Shown piece after piece: positions 30,462 through 37,810 of a stretch of 64,000 bases of DNA (within the stretch, counting starts at the first letter, position 1; every line of letters starts with the position of its first letter). The position numbers were made by a program, and so were the translations under genes. The DNA comes from Halarcobacter sp. GTDB lineage: Bacteria > Campylobacterota > Campylobacteria > Campylobacterales > Arcobacteraceae. The notes under the pieces are model-generated. The model ran no database searches. It was not told where the DNA came from and saw nothing but the letters and a program-made list of their open reading frames with translations. The stretch lies in NCBI GenBank assembly GCA_048571215.1, contig CP182352.1:1440001-1504000 (forward strand), written 5' to 3'.

Positions 30462-31448
30462 ATGGAATCTAAGCATATAATTTATCTTGACACTTCAGGA
30501 TTAAATTATTTAGCTGATAAAGTCAAAAATTTTGATGATTTTTCTAAAATTAAAAATCATTTAAATTTTGAATTCTATTTATCTCCAATAACACTATGGG
30601 AAATCTTACTTAATGGGAATGATGAAAGAAAGGACTACTTAATTTATTGGTCTCAATTTAACTGTGCTAATAATCTAATAAAATCACCAACAGAAATAAT
30701 TTTAGATTTTATTAAATTGGACTGTCCATTAAAGGACAGAAAAGAATTCTATACTGATCCATATACAAAAATGGACTTAGGTATTACTTGGCAGAATATC
30801 CATCGTAAAATTGATAAAACTATTCCAATAGATTTAAATGAACTAAAAGAAAAAACTAAACCAATCAGAGATTTTTCAAAAAAGTTAAAAAAGATAATAA
30901 CTGATATGTGTAACGAAGAATATTCAAACTATAACAACGACCCATTTCATAAAGCTATGTTAAAAGTATGTAAAAATCTTGACTACTCTGACTCTCAAAT
31001 TAGTAAATATGAAAAACTTATAAAAATAGCATTAGTTTTCTTATTTTTCATTATCTGTATTGGAATCGAACTTCAAAATAATTTACTTAGAGCATATTGG
31101 AAAGAACTAAAGATAGAGGACCCATTTGATAAATTAGATTATTTGATAGATAATTATCCAATGTTATTAAATAGAGGACCTTTAATCGAAATGGCTAAGA
31201 TGTCTGATGAACAATTGAAAATGAGTAATTCTAAAAGTAGAGGTCTCCTTCATGATTGTTTTCATGCAATTTATTGTTACTATACAGATAATGTAATTAC
31301 AGGTGACGAACATTTCAAATCATTGAGAGAAAATGAAAAAGATACAATTTTTAGTCGTATTTTAATGACTGAAGAGATAGAACTGATATGGGAAGAAACA
31401 CTAAATGAGCTAACAAATCAGTCAGACTGTGAATTTAGTCCCAAATAA
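30462..31448 (+). CDS. Cassette-borne PIN-like domain protein
   Basis: IYLDTSGL, PITLWEI, HDCFH..., ITGDEHF acidic motifs typical of PIN folds; last codons come from IS sequence. Confidence 0.6.
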   Translation: MESKHIIYLDTSGLNYLADKVKNFDDFSKIKNHLNFEFYLSPITLWEILLNGNDERKDYLIYWSQFNCANNLIKSPTEIILDFIKLDCPLKDRKEFYTDPYTKMDLGITWQNIHRKIDKTIPIDLNELKEKTKPIRDFSKKLKKIITDMCNEEYSNYNNDPFHKAMLKVCKNLDYSDSQISKYEKLIKIALVFLFFIICIGIELQNNLLRAYWKELKIEDPFDKLDYLIDNYPMLLNRGPLIEMAKMSDEQLKMSNSKSRGLLHDCFHAIYCYYTDNVITGDEHFKSLRENEKDTIFSRILMTEEIELIWEETLNELTNQSDCEFSPK

Positions 31449-31794
31449 ACTAAATTTACAGTAAAAATCCAAATTAATTTCCAGAATATCTGATATTTTT
31501 TCTTAAATTTTTTAGATATAAAAATTTTTGTAAAAAATAAACCAAATAAAGTCCAAACACTAAGATATATTCCTCTATATCTTTTGTAATTTGGGTTAAA
31601 TCTTTATTTTTTATGGCTAAACACAGTTTTTTAAACAGAGTTATCCCTATAAGATTTAAAAGTCTTCTAAAATTATATGTAAACATAATAAGAGCATTTT
31701 CACCAAGTACCTTTTCTTTAGAACGAACTAAAAAATGATCCCAACTTAAAGTTCTTTTAATTGTATCATAGAGTGAAACGGAATCTACTTGCAA
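31423..31794 (-). pseudogene. IS1182-family remnant (one end plus transposase C-terminal fragment)
   Basis: TIKRTLSWDHFLVRSKEKVLGENALIMFTYNFRRLLN resembles IS1182 C-termini; terminal CAGACTGTGAA interrupts the attC-like site beginning GAGCTAACAAATCAGT. Confidence 0.7.
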
Positions 31795-31898
31795 AATGTA
31801 TGTTCTACTATTAAAGATCTTTTTTTAACTATATCTTTAGCTTTTTTGCTATTTATTATTATACGAGAGAATTAATCTCCACTTTTAAAATAGTTATT

Positions 31899-32220
31899 GA
31901 GTATTACACCAACAAAAACAAAATGGTACCAAAAAATGCAAAGGTCAATTTCCCCTCTTCCCGCATTTGAGAAGCCGAGTGTTTATTTGTCTCTTTTGAA
32001 AACAAGTGACTAAACTGTCTGAAGCGTAAAGAAACGTGACTAACTCACGTTTTAGCAAGTTTTTAGGCACTCAAAAGGGATAAGTAATAAGCGAGGGTAG
32101 TTTCACCTTCGAAACCTGAGGGATGATTTTTTTGCTACTTTTTTTTTCACAAAAAAAAGTCGAGAAAGTTAAGACGTACAGTAGAAATTTAACTACACTC
32201 AAATATTTTGATAATAGTTT
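31899..32220 (+). repeat. Structured repeat copy A3
   Basis: Aligns along its length to A1 and A2; inner hairpin AAACGTGA-ctaac-TCACGTTT. Confidence 0.85.
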
Positions 32221-32255
32221 TAATTGTATACACCCCCTTGTAGAGCAAAGCTCTC

Positions 32256-32497
32256 CGCTTTCTCACTTTTTAGTTGTAAAAAGTAAGACAAAAAGCAACC
32301 AGACGCTTGTTGAAGCTAAAGTTCCCTCCAGCTTTCTAATTATTTTGTCTGTACCAGAATTTAGTCACTTCGTTCCAGCATCTGACCTGCGGAACGCCTT
32401 CCTAAAAGGTACATTCAGTACCTTTTATCCACTTGAACGGTCCTCGGTCTTCTCCGAAAATAATTAGAAAACTTCCGGCTTCAACAAAGTCTGGACT
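32256..32497 (+). repeat. Structured repeat copy B2
   Basis: Shares CCAGACGC-TTGTTGAAGCTAAAGTTCCCTCC and CGGCTTCAACAAAGTCTGGACTAAA with B1; interior different but self-complementary. Confidence 0.8.
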
Positions 32498-32532
32498 AAA
32501 TACCCTAGCCTCAAACTTTTAGAATGCTTTTT

Positions 32533-32730
32533 AAGTATTACACCAATTCGAATAAAATGGTATAAAAAATGTAAAGGTCCTTATCCTACCTTCCCGCATT
32601 TGAGAAGCCAAGTGTTTATTTATTGTTTCGGAGAAGTTTTATAACTGTTTGAACATTAAAAACACAACTAACATATGTTTTTTCACAGAGAATGCAAATA
32701 TAAGTCTTACTTTTTTCAATAAAAAAGTGA
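32533..32730 (+). repeat. Structured repeat copy A4, internally deleted/decayed
   Basis: CCTTCCCGCATTTGAGAAGCCAAGTGTTTATT matches A1; 3' half degenerate. Confidence 0.7.
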
Positions 32731-32867
32731 ATATTCCAAACTTATTTCTCATAACATTATAATTTACTTAAAAGATATATCTTTCTATAATATTTTTTAT
32801 ACCAATATCTTATTTAAAAGCTTTATTGATTGTGCTATACAATCAGGCTATTTAAGTAATAAATTAA

Positions 32868-32896
32868 TATAATCTATGTTTAATAAATAGTTAGTT
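32868..32896 (+). promoter_or_regulatory. attI/Pc-like array-start site 3 (TATAAT-N16-GTTAGTT)
   Basis: TATAATctatgtttAATAAATAGTTAG matches site 1 TATAATgtatattcAATAAATAGTTAG. Confidence 0.6.
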
Positions 32897-32918
32897 CAAA
32901 GAAAGGAACAGCAATACT

Positions 32919-33536
32919 ATGAATGATGTATATACACAACTAATTACAGTTTTTATGGGCTTTTTTGCCATTATGAACCCTATTGCTAATACAGCAGCAT
33001 TTTCAGGTTTAGTTGGTGATAAAAGTAAATTAGAACAAAGAAAAATTGCCACTAAGGCACTTATAATTACTTTTTTTATAATTCTAGCTTTCTCTATTCT
33101 TGGGAAAGCTATTTTTCACTTATTTGGGATTACTATAGATGCACTTAGGATAACTGGTGGAATTCTAGTATTTATTGTTGGGTATCATATGCTTAATGGG
33201 CATGGCTCTAAACTACATTCTGCAGAGGATGAGTACGAATCTGATTTAGCAGTATCACCTTTAGCTGTTCCACTTCTTGCTGGTCCTGGGACTATTGCAA
33301 CAGCAATGAATTACTCTGCATCTGGTGGGATGGTTGGAATACTAACTACCGTATCTGTATTTGCAGTTTTATGCTTTATAACATTTTTTTGTTTTATTTA
33401 TAGTTCAAATATTTTGTCAGTTATAGGTAAAAGTGGACTTAGTATAGTTACTCGACTGATGGGATTAATTCTTGCTGTTATCGGTACACAAATGATTATT
33501 GTTGGGATAATGACTCTCATCAATAAAATAAGTTAA
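32919..33536 (+). CDS. MarC family integral membrane protein (cassette-borne)
   Basis: IMNPIAN, ITGGIL, PLAVPLLAGPGTIA, TRLMGLIL. Confidence 0.9.
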   Translation: MNDVYTQLITVFMGFFAIMNPIANTAAFSGLVGDKSKLEQRKIATKALIITFFIILAFSILGKAIFHLFGITIDALRITGGILVFIVGYHMLNGHGSKLHSAEDEYESDLAVSPLAVPLLAGPGTIATAMNYSASGGMVGILTTVSVFAVLCFITFFCFIYSSNILSVIGKSGLSIVTRLMGLILAVIGTQMIIVGIMTLINKIS

Positions 33537-33581
33537 CAAGGTGCTGCACGAAAACCAATTATCGTGATCACGACGTTATGC
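33531..33581 (+). other. Short attC-like site 3
   Basis: AGTTAAC...GTG-ctg-CACGA-loop-TCGTG-at-CAC...GTTATGC overlapping the MarC stop codon. Confidence 0.6.
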
Positions 33582-33594
33582 TACAAGGAAAAAA

Positions 33595-34215
33595 TTGAAA
33601 TATCTGTTAGTTTTTATAATCATAATTTTTCTAGTATTATTTTTAAGTAGTGCAGTATTACTTGATACACCTTGGTTTTCTGATAATTTATTAAAATTTA
33701 GAAGTGAAAATAATTTTCCTATTTTTATTGTATTACAAAATATAAAATTCTTTACTTTTTTATTTTTAACAACTATTGTTATATCATATATCCATTATTC
33801 TAGAAAGGTATATGGAAATAGTATTAGAAAAAATGTGATGTTTTATATGGGTATATTTTTTGGAATCAGTATTGTTTTAAATTTGTTGCAAACTTATTAT
33901 TCAATAGTTTCGTCAGAAGAAATATTGAAAGAAATAAGATATTCATCAAATTCATATTTAAAAGGTAAATTAACAATTTCAGACGCAAGGGAAATATATG
34001 CCAAGAATAATATTTTAATTGACTATTATGATTATAATAATACAATTCAAAAATTTAAACCAACTAAACAAGATATAGAATATCAAGAAACTGTACAGTG
34101 GCTTCTATTTAAAAAGAATATAATACCACTAAAAGTAGTATTCTCATTTTTTATATTTATTACTATATTTAGTTTTGGGAATTATATTGCTAATAAAAAG
34201 AATGACAAATCTTAG
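33595..34215 (+). CDS. Cassette-borne hypothetical membrane protein
   Basis: About 4 hydrophobic segments; TTG start with AAGGA RBS right after GTTATGC. Confidence 0.65.
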   Translation: MKYLLVFIIIIFLVLFLSSAVLLDTPWFSDNLLKFRSENNFPIFIVLQNIKFFTFLFLTTIVISYIHYSRKVYGNSIRKNVMFYMGIFFGISIVLNLLQTYYSIVSSEEILKEIRYSSNSYLKGKLTISDAREIYAKNNILIDYYDYNNTIQKFKPTKQDIEYQETVQWLLFKKNIIPLKVVFSFFIFITIFSFGNYIANKKNDKS

Positions 34216-34283
34216 AAGTGAACGTTACCCACCTTCAAAAAAAGAAGATGGGCTTCATTTATTTCAAAAACCGTTTCAAAAAA

Positions 34284-36062
34284 CTATTTTTTCTTAATAG
34301 CCTTCGCATTAGGCAAGTCAGTAATACTTCCGTGGAATATCTCTGCACACATACCTACAGATTCATGTAGTGTTGGGTGTGCGTGAATTGTAAGTCCTAT
34401 ATCTTCTGCATCACAATCCATCTCTAGAGCTAGTGAGATTTCTCCTAGAAGTTCACCTGCATTGTCTCCTACTATAGCTCCACCTATTAGTTGGTGTGTA
34501 TCTTTATCAAAAATAAGTTTTGTCATACCAGAGCCTGCAACATCTGCTGCTAATGCACGTCCAGATGCACTCCATGGGAAAGATGAAACTTCGTAGTTGA
34601 TACCAGCTTCTTTAGCTTCTATTTCACTCATACCAGCAGTTGCAATTTCTGGGAAGGTATATGCGATACCTGGGATTTGTTTTGGTTCAAAGAATACTTT
34701 ATGTCCTGCTATAACCTCTGCTGCTACATGACCTTCATGTACAGCTTTGTGTGCTAACATAGGTCCACCTATGATATCACCTATTGCATAGATATTAGAA
34801 ACCTTTGTTTTCATTTGATTATCAACTTTGATAAAACCTTTATCATCAACTTCTACACCTGTATTTTCTAAACCTATTTTTAGTCCATTTGGTGATCTAC
34901 CCATAGCTACTAATACAGCATCATATGTTTTTGGTTCAGGGGCATTATCACCTTTGAACTCTACATAGATACCATCTTCTTTTGGGATGATTGCTTGTGT
35001 TTGAGTTTTAAACATAAAGTTAAATCTTTTTTCATTTGCTTTTGTATAAACTTTTACAATATCCTTATCAGTTCCTGTCATAACTTGAGGCCCTCTTATT
35101 ACAACATCAACTTCTGAACCTAACTTTTGGTAAACAGTACCCATCTCAAGTCCAATGATACCACCACCCATGATAAGCATTTTTTTAGGAACTTCTTTTA
35201 CCTCTAAGGCATTTGTAGAGTCCCAGATTCTTGGATCATCATGTGGGATAAATGACATTTTAGAGCTTTGAGATCCTGCTGCAATAATACAATTATCAAA
35301 TTTAACAACTGTTTTACCATCATCTTTTGTATGTTCAACTACAACTGAATTTTCATCAATAAAGCTTGCACTACCTTGTATAACAGTTACTTTTCTCATC
35401 TTAGCCATAGCTGTTAAACCATCAGTAAGTTTTTTTACAACTGCACTTTTATAAGCTGCTACTCCTGGTAAGTCAATCTCAGGTTTTGTAAATTTAATTC
35501 CAGCATGTTCTATATGTTCAGCTTCTTCAATCACTTTTGCAACATGAAGTAAGGCTTTTGATGGGATACATCCAACATTTAGACAAACACCACCTAAAGT
35601 ATCATGTCTTTCAACTAAAACTGTATCTAAACCCAAATCAGCACATCTAAAAGCAGCTGAATATCCACCAGGTCCAGCACCAATAACCAATACTTGACCT
35701 TTTACCTCTTTTGCTCCACTTACATCTGTTGGTGTAGCACTTTGTTTTTGCTCTTGTTTTGGTGTTGAATCTTTTGGTTTCTCTTCTGTTTTTTCTTCAG
35801 CAGGAGCAACTGAAGCTTCATCTTCAACTTCAACCTTAGCTATCAAATCACCAGAGTTTACCTTCTCCCCTACTTTTACAAGTATCTCTTTAATCACACC
35901 ACTGTGAGTTGAAGGTACATCCATAGAGGCTTTTTCAGTCTCTAAGGTAATAAGCCCTTCCTCTTCCTCTACAGTGTCTCCAACGCTAACCATTACATCA
36001 ATTAAATCAACATCTTTATCTGCACCTAAATCAGGAATAAATATATCTACAACTTTACCCAT
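34284..36062 (-). CDS. lpdA: Dihydrolipoamide dehydrogenase with N-terminal lipoyl domain
   Basis: ETEKAS lipoyl motif, GAGPGGY, GGVCLNVGCIPSK, HAHPTLHE. Confidence 0.95.
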   Translation of the reverse strand: MGKVVDIFIPDLGADKDVDLIDVMVSVGDTVEEEEGLITLETEKASMDVPSTHSGVIKEILVKVGEKVNSGDLIAKVEVEDEASVAPAEEKTEEKPKDSTPKQEQKQSATPTDVSGAKEVKGQVLVIGAGPGGYSAAFRCADLGLDTVLVERHDTLGGVCLNVGCIPSKALLHVAKVIEEAEHIEHAGIKFTKPEIDLPGVAAYKSAVVKKLTDGLTAMAKMRKVTVIQGSASFIDENSVVVEHTKDDGKTVVKFDNCIIAAGSQSSKMSFIPHDDPRIWDSTNALEVKEVPKKMLIMGGGIIGLEMGTVYQKLGSEVDVVIRGPQVMTGTDKDIVKVYTKANEKRFNFMFKTQTQAIIPKEDGIYVEFKGDNAPEPKTYDAVLVAMGRSPNGLKIGLENTGVEVDDKGFIKVDNQMKTKVSNIYAIGDIIGGPMLAHKAVHEGHVAAEVIAGHKVFFEPKQIPGIAYTFPEIATAGMSEIEAKEAGINYEVSSFPWSASGRALAADVAGSGMTKLIFDKDTHQLIGGAIVGDNAGELLGEISLALEMDCDAEDIGLTIHAHPTLHESVGMCAEIFHGSITDLPNAKAIKKK

Positions 36063-36072
36063 ACCTTTCTCC

Positions 36073-37800
36073 TTACAGACTTAATAGTCTAATATCACTT
36101 AAAAGTTGTGATAATGTAGTTGTAAATCTAGCACCGTCAGCACCGTCAATAACTTTATGATCATAAGATAATGATAATGGCAATGTCAATCTTGGTACAA
36201 AGTTTTCTCCATTCCATACAGGTTTCATTTCAGATTTAGATAATCCTAAAATTGCAACTTCAGGAGCATTGATAATTGGAGTGAAATATGTTCCTCCAAT
36301 TCCACCTAAACTTGAAATAGTAAAACAAGCACCTTGCATATCAGGAGCTTTTAGTTTACCTTCTCTTGCTTTTTGTGAAAGATCAGCTAACTCTAAAGCT
36401 ATATCTTTAAAACCTTTTTTATCTGCATCTTTTATAACTGGAACCACTAAACCATTTGGTGTATCAACTGCAACACCAATATGGAAATATTTTTTCATAA
36501 TTAATGATTGTCCATCAGGGCTTAATGAAGCGTTAAATTTAGGATGGATAGCAAGTGCTTTTGCAACTGCTTTTACCACAAATACTAGTGGAGAAAGTTT
36601 AAATCCATCTGCAATAGCATTTTGTGATTTTCTAAACTCTTCCATTTCAGTAATATCAGCTTCATCAAATTGTGTTACGTGAGGCATTGATACCCAGTTT
36701 CTATGTAATGATGGTCCAGAGATTTTTTGAATTCTACTTAATTCAACCTCTTCAATCTCACCAAATTGTGAGAAATCTATCTCTTTAAGTTCAGGGAAAG
36801 CAAAACCTAGACCAGTTCCACCAGCTGCAACTGCAGGTTTGTTTAACTGTTCTTTTACATAAGCTTTAATATCATCTTTAAGGATTCTACCTTTTCTACC
36901 GCTTCCTTTTACAAAACCTAAATCTACTCCAAATTCACGTGCAAGTCTTCTTACACTTGGACTTGCATAGATTTTTTTAGATTTTTCTGCAAGTACAGTT
37001 GTACTTTCTGTTGTAACATTTGCAGCTGCCGCTTGGACAGTTTTAGGTGCTTTTTCCTCTTTTTTCTCTTCAACTGGTGCAGTTTTTGCTGGAGTTGGAA
37101 CTTTATTTTCCATAACAACAGTTTTAACCATTTTTGCAATCAAGTCACCACTATTTACCTTTGTTCCAGCTTCAACAAATAGTTCTAAAATTTCACCTGC
37201 AAATGGTGCTGGTACATCCATAGATGCTTTTTCTGTTTCAAGAGTGATTAAGCCCTCATCAAACTCAACTGTATCACCAACTGATACCATAACATCTATC
37301 AAATCTACATCTTTATCAGCACCTAAATCTGGAACAAACACCTCTTCAATTACTGAACAAATTGTTTGTTCATTTACAAATTGACAAGAGATTTCAGCAT
37401 TTGATGCTGAAGCAGCTTGAAGTTCTGCTTCTGCTTCTTTTAAGCCCATAGATGATGAAGTATCAGTTGATGGTTCAGCTTTAGAAACTTGTTCTTCAGA
37501 TTTTTCTTCTTTCTTATCTTCAGTTTCTTCTTTTGCTTCCTCTTTTAATGAACTATCATCTTCCACTTCAATTCTTGCAATTAAATCACCCGAATTTACC
37601 TTGTCCCCTACTTTTACTAAAATCTCTTTTACAACACCTGCATGGGTAGTTGGAACATCCATTGACGCTTTTTCTGTTTCTAAAGTAATTAGTCCATCTT
37701 CAACTTCAACAGTATCTCCAACACTAACCATAACATCTATTAAATCAACATCAGTATCGGCTCCTAAATCTGGAATAAAAATATCTTGAATTGTACTCAT
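36073..37800 (-). CDS. aceF: Pyruvate dehydrogenase E2 (two lipoyl domains)
   Basis: ETEKAS twice, ASPSVRRLARE, SYDHKVIDGADGARF. Confidence 0.95.
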   Translation of the reverse strand: MSTIQDIFIPDLGADTDVDLIDVMVSVGDTVEVEDGLITLETEKASMDVPTTHAGVVKEILVKVGDKVNSGDLIARIEVEDDSSLKEEAKEETEDKKEEKSEEQVSKAEPSTDTSSSMGLKEAEAELQAASASNAEISCQFVNEQTICSVIEEVFVPDLGADKDVDLIDVMVSVGDTVEFDEGLITLETEKASMDVPAPFAGEILELFVEAGTKVNSGDLIAKMVKTVVMENKVPTPAKTAPVEEKKEEKAPKTVQAAAANVTTESTTVLAEKSKKIYASPSVRRLAREFGVDLGFVKGSGRKGRILKDDIKAYVKEQLNKPAVAAGGTGLGFAFPELKEIDFSQFGEIEEVELSRIQKISGPSLHRNWVSMPHVTQFDEADITEMEEFRKSQNAIADGFKLSPLVFVVKAVAKALAIHPKFNASLSPDGQSLIMKKYFHIGVAVDTPNGLVVPVIKDADKKGFKDIALELADLSQKAREGKLKAPDMQGACFTISSLGGIGGTYFTPIINAPEVAILGLSKSEMKPVWNGENFVPRLTLPLSLSYDHKVIDGADGARFTTTLSQLLSDIRLLSL

Positions 37801-37810
37801 CTTTTACTCC

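Noticed and set aside
32123..32467. 114-aa plus-strand ORF
   Set aside because: Spans the A3/B2 repeats, has no RBS and no protein-like motif.
24234..32730. Repeats as a CRISPR array or as tRNA/rRNA
   Set aside because: Units are over 200 bp, irregularly spaced and in both orientations; no cas genes; no cloverleaf or rRNA signatures.
35820..37800. Three similar ~230-bp DNA segments in aceF and lpdA
   Set aside because: Explained by repeated lipoyl domains.
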